DNA of 64,000 nt from Trueperaceae bacterium (GCA_965214405.1 OZ243956.1:3040001-3104000), one strand, 5' to 3'. Shown: positions 8,553 through 18,807, counted from the first letter of the stretch. The notes: a model not told the origin generated them from the sequence alone. Made by a program: numbers and translations.

Positions 8553-10295
8553 ATGAAACTCAGATACCCCATCATTCTGCTCGCTTTCGCGCTCATCCTT
8601 AGCGCCTGTTCCACCGGGCCGAACCCCAACCAAGCGCCGCCCGCCGCGGTGCCTGGCGGAGGGGAGCAGAGCCCGATCACGCTCGACAGCGAGTTTTTAG
8701 AGGTGGCCGAGCGCGAACCCGGTTTTGCCGGGATGTACTACAACGACGACGGAGAGCTCGTCGTGGCGGTCGCCGCCCCGGAAGGCTTGAGTGCGCAGGC
8801 GCTCGAGCTTCAGCGCGAAGGCGTGGGCGCGGCCATCGAAGCCGTGTTCGGCGAAGACGTGTTTTACGAACAGGCCGACGAAGCCCAGCTCGGCGCGCTC
8901 GCTGACGGCACGCTTTCGCTTCAGAGTATGGCGGCGCCGGAGCGAGACCTTAAACTCGTTCAAGTTCCCTACAGCTTTAAGCAGCTCAGCGATTGGCGCG
9001 CCCAGGTCGACGACCTCGTGTGGTCGGTTGCGGGCGTGAGCTCTCTCGACACGGACGAGGTCGCCAACAAGGTGACCGTCGGCGTTACGGACGAGGCGGC
9101 GGCCAAGCGGGTCCAGGCGGAACTCGCCGCCCTGGGTCTTCCTGCTGGCGCGCTTACCGTCGACGTGGTGCCCAGCTTTAGCGAGGAGAGCGACCTCGAC
9201 CGTTACAACCGCCCGCTCGTCGGGGGTCTCGGCATCAGCCGTTGGGGCGGCAGCAGCACCTGGGGCTGCACCTACGGCTTCAACGTCGTGCGTTACGGCG
9301 TCTCCGGCTTTCTCACCAACGCGCACTGCACGAGCGTGCAGGGGAGCGTGAGCGGCGACCGCTTCTATCAGGGCAGCGCCTCGAGCATCGGGCGGGAAAC
9401 GGCGGAGGCGGCCTTGTGGACCGCAGGCTCCAACCGCGAGCGCTGGGCCGACGTCGCGTTTGTCCGGCACGAGAACGCGCCGAGCACCGACTTGGGCGGC
9501 GTCGCTTACACCTACCTCAACCAGCGCAACCAGGTCGCCACCACCGACATCAGCTATAAATCGTACAACCCCGTGGCGGGCGAGTTCGTTTACAAGGTCG
9601 GCGTGACGACGGGGAAGACGTACGGTCGCGTCACCGGGACCTGCGTTGACGTGTTCGCAAGCGGCACCAACATCAAAAACAGGTGCCAGACCATGCTCAC
9701 ATCCGCCAACAGCAGCGACATTTCCAAGGGCGGCGACAGCGGCTCACCCTACTACCACTACAGCTACGTGAGCGGCGCGGGCTGGAAGGTCGAACTCAAA
9801 GGCATTCACTGGGGCGGCAGCGGGAACGGCTCGAGCAGCACCGCCGTATTCAGCCCCATGCGCAACATCGAACTGGCCTTGGGCGGCTTGCGCGTGCATC
9901 CTTACCAGAAAACGGGCGAAAAACTCAAGGTCACGCTGCGCTACGTCAGGGTCCACAACGACTGCGAACCCTGGTACAAGGGCGACGGCGACATGTACGG
10001 GTACTTCGATATCGAAGGAAGTCGCGTGTTTACCTTGAGTCAAACCGACGTGGCGAGCGGCGAGAGCATCAGCATCAACCGCGACCGGACGGTGGACGCT
10101 CGCTACGACAACCCCATCGCCATCCGCGGGGTTCTCAAAGACGCCGACGACACCGACGCCGACGACTGGATCGGCGACTGGAACCTCAACCTCGCCCCCG
10201 TCCCCTCGGTAGGCTACTTTAGCTCCTACAGTCGCCCCGACTGCGACGCGACGCTTTACTACCGCATCGAGGACGTGGGTAATCTGAACGAATAA
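8553..10295 (+). CDS. S1 (alpha-lytic/chymotrypsin-like) serine protease, lipoprotein, with pro-region and C-terminal domain
   Basis: Lipobox LSAC; CTYGF, TNAHC, DVAFV and GGDSGSP motifs. Confidence 0.88.
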   Translation: MKLRYPIILLAFALILSACSTGPNPNQAPPAAVPGGGEQSPITLDSEFLEVAEREPGFAGMYYNDDGELVVAVAAPEGLSAQALELQREGVGAAIEAVFGEDVFYEQADEAQLGALADGTLSLQSMAAPERDLKLVQVPYSFKQLSDWRAQVDDLVWSVAGVSSLDTDEVANKVTVGVTDEAAAKRVQAELAALGLPAGALTVDVVPSFSEESDLDRYNRPLVGGLGISRWGGSSTWGCTYGFNVVRYGVSGFLTNAHCTSVQGSVSGDRFYQGSASSIGRETAEAALWTAGSNRERWADVAFVRHENAPSTDLGGVAYTYLNQRNQVATTDISYKSYNPVAGEFVYKVGVTTGKTYGRVTGTCVDVFASGTNIKNRCQTMLTSANSSDISKGGDSGSPYYHYSYVSGAGWKVELKGIHWGGSGNGSSSTAVFSPMRNIELALGGLRVHPYQKTGEKLKVTLRYVRVHNDCEPWYKGDGDMYGYFDIEGSRVFTLSQTDVASGESISINRDRTVDARYDNPIAIRGVLKDADDTDADDWIGDWNLNLAPVPSVGYFSSYSRPDCDATLYYRIEDVGNLNE

Positions 10296-10319
10296 CCGCT
10301 AGCTCGAAGCTTGCAGACG

Positions 10320-10353
10320 CTTGCCCCCAAAGGTTGCTTTGGGGGCAAGTTTT
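10320..10353 (+). terminator. Rho-independent terminator
   Basis: 13-bp perfect stem CTTGCCCCCAAAG/CTTTGGGGGCAAG followed by TTTT. Confidence 0.85.
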
Positions 10354-10453
10354 GTATATTTTTTGATGTTTCTTGAATAGCTCGAGCAAAGCTGAAACGT
10401 CCTTACGCTGTAGAGCAGACTTCAGAACGCTCTAAATCAAACTTTGCACCACC

Positions 10454-11353
10454 TCAAGTCAACTGCGGCCACTCCCGCCCCACCGCCTCGAAACGGCGGT
10501 GCAGTTCAGTGACGGCTTCCTCTGAAATCGGCAAGCGCGTTTTTATTAGCTCGAGGTTCGCCCGCATGTACTTGGGCGTTTTCGTGCCGACGATAACGAC
10601 GTCAACCGTGTCATGTGAGAAGGTGAAGCCGAGCGCCAGCAAGATGCGGTTTTCAGGTACCTGTGGCAGCTCGCCCTGCGCCGTCATCTCCTGGGCGCGT
10701 TCGAAGTAGGGGTCGGCGTAAGCACTCGGGCTCGCCTCCGCGCCCCACGCGCCGTTGGCGATGGGCCGTTTGGTGATGATGCCCACGCCTTGCGCCTTGG
10801 CTTTGTCAAAAAGGCCAAAGCGCGCCTTTTGGTCGACCAGATTAAAGCTGGTTTGTAGGGTGTCGAAAAGCCCGCTCTCGACCGCCCACTCGGCGGCGTC
10901 ATTGTCCCCGCTGTAGCCGATGTAGCGCGTTTTCCCCTCCTGCTGCGCCTGCTGCAACGCTTGAATAACCTCGCCGCGTTCCAAAATCTCGACGCTGCAC
11001 GAGTGAAGCTGGACTAAGTCGAGATGGTCCGTTTTGAGCCGCTTCAGGCTGCGCTCGATGCTGTCGGTAATCGTTTTGGCCGTCCACGCCTCGCCCTCAT
11101 AGCCGCCGGTCACGTGGCCCGCTTTGGTCGCCAGGTAGTAGTCGCCGCGCCTCTCTGAGACGGTGCGCCCGATAAGCTCTTCGCTGACGTTGTAGCAGGC
11201 CGCCGTGTCAAGAAAGTTGACGCCCCCGTCGAGCGCGATGTTGAGGACCTCGGCGGCCTCTTTGTCGGTCAGTTCGGCGGAGCCGATCTCGGAAAGCCCG
11301 AAGCCCAAGCGTGAGACCTGCATGTCGGTATTGCCTAGCTGTCTTTTTTCCAT
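10454..11353 (-). CDS. Aldo/keto reductase
   Basis: GVNFLDTAACY, LATK, SLKRLKTDHLDLVQLH and GKTRYIG motifs. Confidence 0.93.
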   Translation of the reverse strand: MEKRQLGNTDMQVSRLGFGLSEIGSAELTDKEAAEVLNIALDGGVNFLDTAACYNVSEELIGRTVSERRGDYYLATKAGHVTGGYEGEAWTAKTITDSIERSLKRLKTDHLDLVQLHSCSVEILERGEVIQALQQAQQEGKTRYIGYSGDNDAAEWAVESGLFDTLQTSFNLVDQKARFGLFDKAKAQGVGIITKRPIANGAWGAEASPSAYADPYFERAQEMTAQGELPQVPENRILLALGFTFSHDTVDVVIVGTKTPKYMRANLELIKTRLPISEEAVTELHRRFEAVGREWPQLT

Positions 11354-11377
11354 GAGGCAGGATAACGCAAATCGCGC

Positions 11378-11413
11378 AAAAATAAAAAGGTGCGGTCAGA
11401 ACAACCGCACCTT
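11378..11413 (-). terminator. Rho-independent terminator (minus strand)
   Basis: Stem AAGGTGCGGT/ACCGCACCTT with a T-run on the minus strand, downstream of the S8 gene. Confidence 0.7.
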
Positions 11414-11480
11414 GATGCCTAACTCTTGATGCCTAACTCTTGATGCCTAACTCTTGATGCCTAACTCTTGATGCCTAACT
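11411..11480. repeat. Perfect tandem repeat, 5 x 14 bp (CTTGATGCCTAACT)
   Basis: Five identical contiguous copies read directly. Confidence 0.97.
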
Positions 11481-11486
11481 CGAGCG

Positions 11487-13748
11487 TTAACGCCCCAGAT
11501 TAGAGGGTGGCGCGGAAGACGGGGTGGGGGACTCGAGCCGCCTCAAGAGTTCGGTGAGCGCGGCGTTCATGTCGGGCGCGGGGCTCGGCGCGGCCTCGGC
11601 TTGACCGGCGGCCACAAGGGGTCGCATCACGATGAATATATTGGTGAGTGACTCCCCAGGGGCCAGCACGAGGTTTGGGTTCCCGTTGGGACCCACGTAA
11701 ACCCCAAACGGCTCGCGGTCTTCCACCTCGTCGTTGCCGTTGAGGTCTTGCCAAGCGGCGGCCTGGTAGGTGCCCGGCTCGAGGTCAGGGATTATGTAGG
11801 GAACTTCGTTCGAGGTGATTTCAACCTCGATTAGCTTCGAACGGTCAAAGTCAAAGTCGCGGCACCCCAGCGTACAGTAGAACGCCACAACATAGGTAGT
11901 CAGTTCCCCCGTGGGTGGGGGCGGCGGAGGCGCTGGCGGCTTGGGTCCGCCGCCTCCTTGCCCGCCCAACGCCGCCGCTGCGTCTACCAAGCCAGCGCCG
12001 CATTCTCCCCCCGAAGGACGTTCACATTCATCTGCCGAGAGCGGCGTGGAGGCGTTCTGAAGGCGCGTCAACACCTCGTTAAAGCTCAAACCGGGCTCTC
12101 TGGCGAGCATTAGCGCCACGATTCCCGCGATGTGCGGGCTCGCCATCGAAGTGCCCTGCTTAAATTCGTAAGAGCCTCTCAGGCCGTCCGCGGTCTCTAC
12201 CCCGACGGTGCTCAGTACGCCCGCAGGGAATTCGGTACCGTCCACGTCAAAGCTGAAGTTGACGTCGCCGCCCGCCGCCATGACGTCGACAGCGCCGCCA
12301 TAGTTCGAGTAGGGCGCGCGGGTGTTCAGCGGCCCGGTCGCGCCCACCGTAATAACGCCCTCACAGCTCGCTGGAAACTTCAAAGCCGTGTCTTCGTTTT
12401 CGTTACCCGCGGCCACGACCGTGATGACGCCGTCCGCCGCCAGTGAACCGAAAAACTGGTTTATCTCGGCCGGGCAGGGTTCGCCGATGTCCCCACCCAA
12501 GCTCATGTTGATGACGGACGCTGGGTTCGGGTTGGCGGGCACGCCGGACACATTTTGACCGCCAGCCCAGGCCGTTCCGTCGAGAATATCGGCAAAGGTG
12601 CCGCCACCGGTCACGCCCAAGACCCGCACGGGCACCACCCGAGCGCCCCAGGAAACGCCAGCCACGCCGACGCCGTTGTTCGTTTGCGCGGCGACCGTGC
12701 CCGCCACATGCGTACCGTGGTAACCCGAGTCGCCGCCTTCGTCAAAGGCGTCGGCGTCGCGCCCGTCGCCATCGGCGGCCACCGCCGGGTCGCTGATGAA
12801 GTCGTAGCCGCCGATCAAGTTCTCGATGAGGTCCGGGTGACCGATCGCGCCCGTGTCCACCACCGCCACGGTGACGTTTGAACCCGCGCCGTCCTCGATG
12901 TCCCACGCCGCGGCCAGGTTCATCGCGTCGTAATGCCACTGAATCGGGTAGCCCTCGTCATCTGGGGTCTTGAGGGCGTGCAAAATCCAGTTGGGAAAAG
13001 CAGAAACCACGTCGGGGCGCGCGCGCAGCTCGTCAACCAAGGCCAGCGTGGTCGCCTGAGTCAAGCCGCCCGCGCGGTAGAGCCGCAAGTCGGCAGGTCC
13101 CAAGTCGAGCGTGCGCACCGCGGTGAGTTCGACGCCGCCGACGCTCAAGCTGCCGAGCTCTTGCGCGCTGACGCCCTCCTTGAAATTCACCAGCACCTCG
13201 CCGGGGACAACCTCCACGGGCCGGTTGGTGTTTAAGTCGTTGCTTTTTTGAGGGCTGATGACGAAATCGTCGGGAAGGCTGAGCGGCTTCAGGCCCGAGC
13301 CCTGCCCGGCAATCTCGCTGAAGGGATTAACGGAGCCGGGGTAGATGAGCGCCCCCGAGATCGAGGAGCTGCCCCGCGCCATCACGATGTCGACGTTCCG
13401 GGCCGGTACGACGACGAGCGCTTCCGTCTCGCCGATGTGGTCGCCCTCGTCAATCTCGCCGTTGCCGTTGGCGTCCTTGACGGCAAAGATCGCGTAGCTT
13501 TGGCCGACTTCGAGGCCGCTAAACTCGTACGGAGCGCTCTGACCGCTCGCGGTAAGCCGCTTGCTTTGTGCGTTGTCGCAACTCCCTAAATAACAAGCAA
13601 ACACAACAGTATCCGTAATCGTCACGCCGTCAGGCGCGGTGACGGTGCCCGAGATACTGCCGCCTCCGCCACCCTCCGGCCCGCCGCCGCACGCCGTGAG
13701 GGCAAGCAGGCAGGCAAAACCAAGCAGCCGTGAAACCACACGCTTCAT
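11487..13748 (-). CDS. S8 serine peptidase, lipoprotein, with N- and C-terminal beta-sandwich modules
   Basis: Lipobox LTAC; VAVVDTG, HGTHVAG, AAGN and GTSMASPH motifs; ATG 13748 follows AAGGA. Confidence 0.93.
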   Translation of the reverse strand: MKRVVSRLLGFACLLALTACGGGPEGGGGGSISGTVTAPDGVTITDTVVFACYLGSCDNAQSKRLTASGQSAPYEFSGLEVGQSYAIFAVKDANGNGEIDEGDHIGETEALVVVPARNVDIVMARGSSSISGALIYPGSVNPFSEIAGQGSGLKPLSLPDDFVISPQKSNDLNTNRPVEVVPGEVLVNFKEGVSAQELGSLSVGGVELTAVRTLDLGPADLRLYRAGGLTQATTLALVDELRARPDVVSAFPNWILHALKTPDDEGYPIQWHYDAMNLAAAWDIEDGAGSNVTVAVVDTGAIGHPDLIENLIGGYDFISDPAVAADGDGRDADAFDEGGDSGYHGTHVAGTVAAQTNNGVGVAGVSWGARVVPVRVLGVTGGGTFADILDGTAWAGGQNVSGVPANPNPASVINMSLGGDIGEPCPAEINQFFGSLAADGVITVVAAGNENEDTALKFPASCEGVITVGATGPLNTRAPYSNYGGAVDVMAAGGDVNFSFDVDGTEFPAGVLSTVGVETADGLRGSYEFKQGTSMASPHIAGIVALMLAREPGLSFNEVLTRLQNASTPLSADECERPSGGECGAGLVDAAAALGGQGGGGPKPPAPPPPPPTGELTTYVVAFYCTLGCRDFDFDRSKLIEVEITSNEVPYIIPDLEPGTYQAAAWQDLNGNDEVEDREPFGVYVGPNGNPNLVLAPGESLTNIFIVMRPLVAAGQAEAAPSPAPDMNAALTELLRRLESPTPSSAPPSNLGR

Positions 13749-13916
13749 GAAAAATTCCTTTCCGCTAACAACTTTGCTCGAGTCCCACCAAAGCGAAACG
13801 ACGCCTTGACCCTCTCGCTTGCGCCCGCTCCGGTAGCTGCTCGAGTGTAACATTCTTCACACCCGTTTTAGAAGCGTCTCCGAGAGCACAATCTCGGGGG
13901 CGGCGTCTCGCTCCAA

Positions 13917-15506
13917 TCACCCACAGTCCTTGCTCACGTCGCCGTACGCGTTGTTGCTAAAGGTGTTGCCGGGGCCAAGCTCGAGCGCCGACTCCTCGTC
14001 CGCGCAGATGCCCCAGGTACCGCTGCCGCGAATCACGCTGTTGCTGACTTTGGCGTAACTCTGTTCAAACGCGCTGATGAGGGTGATGTTGCCTGCGCCG
14101 TAGGAACCGCTGCCGCCGTTACGCACTTCAACATGATCCAAAACGTTGTCGCGCGAAGGGCTCTCAAAGTATGAGATTCCTTCCCAATAGCCCTGCGCGT
14201 CTTGCTCGCCGGTAAAAAGAATCGGGGCTTGGGGTGTACCGACTGCTTTGAGCGCGCCCGTATCCTGTACATTCACACTGGCGTCACTACCGAAAACGAC
14301 TGTGACGCCGGGCTCGAGCGTGACCGTGCCGTTGTTGATGTAGAGGGCGATACTCACGTAGTAGGGCGCGTTGAGCTTTCTCCAGGTGCCGCTCTCGCTC
14401 ACGCCGTCGCTGACGACCCCGTCCACGTCAATGTACGGCCTGCCGTTGGGCGCGCCCACGCCCAAATAATCGCTGCCCGCGTCGAGCAGCTTCACCTGGT
14501 CGGCAACCACCAGCACCGGATAGCGGGCGTTATCGGTAAAGGTGTTGTTCTCGAATCCCAGTAAGGGTAAATTTTCCAGGGTCGCGCCGTCATAAACGCT
14601 GCCACTGACGGTCACGTTTTTCATGATGAGGCCGCCGCCCGCGAGACCGTCAATCGCGCCGTTTTGGAGACCGCCGAACGCGCCCGAATCTTCTTTACCT
14701 AGGTTAAGAAACTGGACGTGCTCTAAGCGCGTGACCAGACTGCCCGCGCCTATGTTGAGCCCCTTGCCGTAGCCCTTGACCGGAGCCGCCGCCTCAAAGC
14801 GAATGGGCGCATCCTGGGTGCCGACTGCGTCCAAGCTGGCGTTGTCACCGACGCTCAAAATGGCGTCTTGCGCGAATCTAATGACCGTGCCCGGTTCGAT
14901 AGTGAATTGCCCGTTTTCGATAGAGACGAAACCCGTAATCAGGTAGTCGCACTCGGACGGGGAGTTGACGAAGCGGCTCGAGACGGTTAAATCGCCGCTT
15001 AGCTCAACGGCGCACGCGCCTGTGCCACCACCGCCGCCGCCGCCATCTCCACCGCCCCCGCCGCCCTGCACCTGCATCGTCAGCGTCACGCCCGTGGCGG
15101 GCGGCGTGACCTCCACCGCGCTGCTCGCCAAGTCGCCAGCGTCCAAGGCGTCATTTTGGTTCACGTCTTTGACCGCCACCACGCTGTAGCTGCCAGCGGC
15201 CAGGCCGCCAAGCTGAAAGCCCGCGCTGCCGCCGCTTTGTGTAACTGTGACGCCTCGGCTCCGGCTGTCGTTGCAGTCGCGCGCGAAGCACGCCGCCACC
15301 GTGGTGTTTGCCACGCTCTCGCCCGCGGGCGCAGTGACGGTGCCGCTGATGCTGGAGTCGCCGCCGCTACCGGGTGGGGTGGTGTCCGCGCCCCCGCACC
15401 CGGCGAGCGCCAGGAGAAGGATGATCGCCAAGAAGCCTAGCGGTAAGGGTATGTTCACCATGTTTTTCAGAATGTTTTTCACTACCTTCATAATGCTTCT
15501 CGCCAC
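13917..15506 (-). CDS. Lipoprotein with carboxypeptidase-regulatory-like module and right-handed beta-helix repeats
   Basis: Lipobox LAGC; repeated TIEPGTVIRF/TLEPGVTVVF...AVGT..API.F units; Gly linker. Confidence 0.75.
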   Translation of the reverse strand: MARSIMKVVKNILKNMVNIPLPLGFLAIILLLALAGCGGADTTPPGSGGDSSISGTVTAPAGESVANTTVAACFARDCNDSRSRGVTVTQSGGSAGFQLGGLAAGSYSVVAVKDVNQNDALDAGDLASSAVEVTPPATGVTLTMQVQGGGGGGDGGGGGGGTGACAVELSGDLTVSSRFVNSPSECDYLITGFVSIENGQFTIEPGTVIRFAQDAILSVGDNASLDAVGTQDAPIRFEAAAPVKGYGKGLNIGAGSLVTRLEHVQFLNLGKEDSGAFGGLQNGAIDGLAGGGLIMKNVTVSGSVYDGATLENLPLLGFENNTFTDNARYPVLVVADQVKLLDAGSDYLGVGAPNGRPYIDVDGVVSDGVSESGTWRKLNAPYYVSIALYINNGTVTLEPGVTVVFGSDASVNVQDTGALKAVGTPQAPILFTGEQDAQGYWEGISYFESPSRDNVLDHVEVRNGGSGSYGAGNITLISAFEQSYAKVSNSVIRGSGTWGICADEESALELGPGNTFSNNAYGDVSKDCG

Positions 15507-15935
15507 GTTTCCTCTCTTCTAAAGCCACGGATGTAGCCCTTCCTCACAACCGTTTTGGAGACGCGCCGGTTTGGTTGGGTTGGCTAAAGCTTAGCATGAG
15601 GATTGGCAACAGAGGAAGTGAGTTGGCTGCTCGCACAAAATTGTCAAGTAAAAAATTCACTTTGCCGCTGTTTCTGAGTGAGATGATGAGGAGAGATGCG
15701 TCTTAAGGGCTCGAGTTCCCAAGACTAAAACGCTTGTTAAAGCCGCGCTACCCTCACTGGGGTTCTGGCTCTTGGCGTAGACTCTACGTTTTGATGGGTA
15801 AGTCTGTCTAAAGTGAGTACATGGAGCTTCTGAAGTCCTCATCACGCCCGGTAGGGGAGATGGGGTGAGGCTCGAGCCTTCACACCGAGACACCGCACCT
15901 TTCCTCGGCGCAAACGTCAGTACCCAATCCTTTGC

Positions 15936-17621
15936 CTAATCCCCCGGCTCATAACGCGCCAACCGGTGAGCGCCGTAGAGCAGGGGCAGGGTGGTGCTCA
16001 GCACCGTAACAAACCCCAGCAGCGCGAGCACCCCCAAACCCTCCGGCGTGCGCCACACCATCCCTTGCGGGTTTTGAAAGGTTTGCCAGGCGGGCCAGGC
16101 CAAAATAAGCGTCATGAGCGCGGCGAAAGCGAGCGACAGCGTCATGTACAGGAGCCCCCCCGCCGCCAGCGGGATTTCGCTCGGGGTGGTCGCGTCGAAA
16201 CGGGGAAACGCCGCGCCCAAACCCACCCCCAGCCCGGTCGTGGCGAGCGCGGCGCAAAGCCCGGCCACCGGACTCGCCCAGGCGAGCGCGGGGCTCACGT
16301 CCAAAAGGCGCGCGGCGGCCCAGCCGACCCCGCCGCCAAGCCCCGCCATCGGCAAGAGCGCCTGCCAAAACTTGCTCATCACCACCGTGCGCGCGCTCAA
16401 GGGTCCCGTCTTGAGGAGCCAAAATCCCTCGCCCTCCAAGCTCACCGCGGGATAGCTCATCCGCACGCCGGTGCCCGCGAGCAAAAAGCCCATAAACAAT
16501 AGGTTGAGCGTGCCCAGCGCGTCGCGGAAGCGTTGGCTGTCCGCGCCCTCGAGCGTAAAACTGCCCACGCTAAACAAGTACACCCCGGCGAGCGCGACCA
16601 GCACCAGAAGCTGCGACCACTGCGTCGGATCGCGCCACAGCAGCTTCGCGTCTTTGGAGACAAGCGCGCCCGGCGGGCCGAAATGGTGGAGGAGGCGCTC
16701 GAGGGGTCCCGCGCGGCGTGGGCGCGGGTCGCGTTTGGGCGCGCTCGTGTCGAGGGCGCGTATCCAGCCCTCCCGGTAAGCCAGCGCCGCCAGCGCGGCG
16801 CTGCCCCAGAGCAGGAAGAGGCTAAAACCCGCCAGCGCGTACGCGCCTAGGGTCACGTTGCCCGCTAGCGCCCCCCACACCGCCTGCGAGGCCCAGCTCG
16901 TCGGCAACCAGGTGAGTTCAAAAGAGGCGAAGCGCGTTAAAAACCCGCTCAGCTCCTCTAAAGACATCGTCGCAAGCCGCTCCGGGCGCAGCACCCGCAA
17001 GCCGAACACGAAAAGCGCCGCTAAGACCACGCTCGCCCCCGTGGCGATTTCCTTGACGCGGCCCGCCGGGGCGACGCGCATAAGCAGGAGCGCCAGCACG
17101 CAGCCGAGCGCCACCGGCAGCGCGTAGAGCGCCAGCACCGCGGCGAGCGCCAGCCCGTAGAAAGCGGGAGGTGCCCCGCGCTCCGCGCCGAGCGCCAAGA
17201 GCACGGGCAGCGTGAAGAGCGCGGGTAGCAGCGCCGCCCCCACATACGTCTCGGCCACCTTGAGCGTAAACACCGACGCGGACGAGGCGGGGAGAGAGAG
17301 CAAAAAGGGCAGGTCTTGCGAACTGTAGAGCGTGTGGACCGCCGTCGTGAGCACGCTAAAGGTCACGCCCAGCATGAGCACCAAAAAGAGCGTTTCTAGG
17401 CTGCGCTGCAGCACGGCGTCGGCGATGTCCTCGTTGCCGAAGCGCAAAAAGCCGTCAACAAAACGCACGCCCCGACGCGTCGCGGTGAACACGCCCCAGT
17501 AGACGAGCACCAGCAAGCCGAGGCCGAACGAAGCTCCCGCGGGTCTGCGCCGCACGCTATTAAAAGCGCCGCGCAAACGCATGGCGAAGAGTAACAGGGG
17601 GCGGTGGCGCGTGGTGGACAC
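15936..17621 (-). CDS. ABC exporter permease
   Basis: Multi-TM protein with RDPTQWSQL and SLEGEGFWLLKTGP motifs; directly follows the ATPase. Confidence 0.85.
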   Translation of the reverse strand: MSTTRHRPLLLFAMRLRGAFNSVRRRPAGASFGLGLLVLVYWGVFTATRRGVRFVDGFLRFGNEDIADAVLQRSLETLFLVLMLGVTFSVLTTAVHTLYSSQDLPFLLSLPASSASVFTLKVAETYVGAALLPALFTLPVLLALGAERGAPPAFYGLALAAVLALYALPVALGCVLALLLMRVAPAGRVKEIATGASVVLAALFVFGLRVLRPERLATMSLEELSGFLTRFASFELTWLPTSWASQAVWGALAGNVTLGAYALAGFSLFLLWGSAALAALAYREGWIRALDTSAPKRDPRPRRAGPLERLLHHFGPPGALVSKDAKLLWRDPTQWSQLLVLVALAGVYLFSVGSFTLEGADSQRFRDALGTLNLLFMGFLLAGTGVRMSYPAVSLEGEGFWLLKTGPLSARTVVMSKFWQALLPMAGLGGGVGWAAARLLDVSPALAWASPVAGLCAALATTGLGVGLGAAFPRFDATTPSEIPLAAGGLLYMTLSLAFAALMTLILAWPAWQTFQNPQGMVWRTPEGLGVLALLGFVTVLSTTLPLLYGAHRLARYEPGD

Positions 17622-18367
17622 TAAACCAACACAGCGTCGGCGCGCGCCCGTTCCGATTCGGTGAGCTGTAAAAAGATGGCTTCTAAATCGGCATCTGCAT
17701 TCCCGACGTGCGCTCTTAGCTCTTCCAGCGTGCCCTCGGCGGCGACGCCTCCTTGGTGAACGAGCAGCACGCGGTCGGCGACCTCGGCGGCGACCTCCAT
17801 CGAATGCGTGGTGAGCAGCACGGTGTGACCCTTCGCGGCGTAGGCCTTCATGAGGTCGCGGACCTGCCGGGCGGCCCTGGGGTCAAGGCCCACCATCGGC
17901 TCGTCAATTACCAAGACCGGCGGCTCGTGAATCAGGGCGGCGATAAAGGTGAGTTTTTGGCGCATCCCGTGCGAATAGGTTTCGACGAGCTCGTTGCCAA
18001 CCTCTTGCAAACCGAAATGCTCGAGCCACCCCTGCGCCTCCCTCTCCCCGTTCTCTACGCCGCGCAGCTTGCACAAAAAGCGCAGAAGCTCGCGCCCGCT
18101 GAGTTTTTGGTAGAGGTAGGGGCGGTCGGGCACGTAGCCGAGCCGCGCTTTGGCTTCGACCCCCTCCTTCACCACGTCGAACCCCGCCAAGCGCACCGTG
18201 CCCGCGCTCGGGCGGATGAGGCCGGTGACCGCCTTGAGCGTCGTCGATTTGCCCGCGCCGTTCGGCCCGAGCAGCCCGAGCACCTCGCCGGGTCGCGCGG
18301 TAAACGTAATACCTTTCACGGCCAAGGCGCGACCATAGCGCTTAACGAGTCCCGTGACTTCAATCAT
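17621..18367 (-). CDS. ABC transporter ATP-binding protein
   Basis: [17 protein letters not shown] and DEP motifs. Confidence 0.95.
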   Translation of the reverse strand: MIEVTGLVKRYGRALAVKGITFTARPGEVLGLLGPNGAGKSTTLKAVTGLIRPSAGTVRLAGFDVVKEGVEAKARLGYVPDRPYLYQKLSGRELLRFLCKLRGVENGEREAQGWLEHFGLQEVGNELVETYSHGMRQKLTFIAALIHEPPVLVIDEPMVGLDPRAARQVRDLMKAYAAKGHTVLLTTHSMEVAAEVADRVLLVHQGGVAAEGTLEELRAHVGNADADLEAIFLQLTESERARADAVLV

Positions 18368-18675
18368 AAATAAAAAACTTCAGTCACGTTCGCACTTTAG
18401 GGTGAAGGGGACGCGGCTCGAGGGAACAGGGGCGACTACAAACCTCAGCTCTCATGTGAAAGGGTGGCAGGCTCATTGAGAAGGTATCGTAAGCGACCCT
18501 GAGTGCGCTGTCTGTTGCTAAATCCACGTGCGGGGCGTGAGGCGTTCCTACACAAGCGCGCGTTCGGCTTATGGATTCAGGCACCCTCGAGCCGACCCTA
18601 CCAGATTCTTTATAAAAGCGTTTTGTCGTCCCACAAATGGTTCAGCCGCTACAGTTGAGAACTTTGTGAGAATAG

Positions 18676-18704
18676 TTGCATTTTAGAGCGCTTTGATATA
18701 GAGT
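18676..18704 (+). promoter_or_regulatory. Sigma70-like promoter
   Basis: TTGCAT-N17-TAGAGT in an AT-rich intergenic region. Confidence 0.5.
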
Positions 18705-18807
18705 ACAGCAGGAGGTGATACCTTAAAAATTAAGGTATCGGATGGAGAAGTCCATCCTGAGCGTGAGTCGGAAACAGACAAGCCACACCGAGTAGATATA
18801 GAAGGAG

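Noticed and set aside
11411..11480. Possible CRISPR array
   Set aside because: The 14-bp units are contiguous with no spacers, and no cas genes are present.
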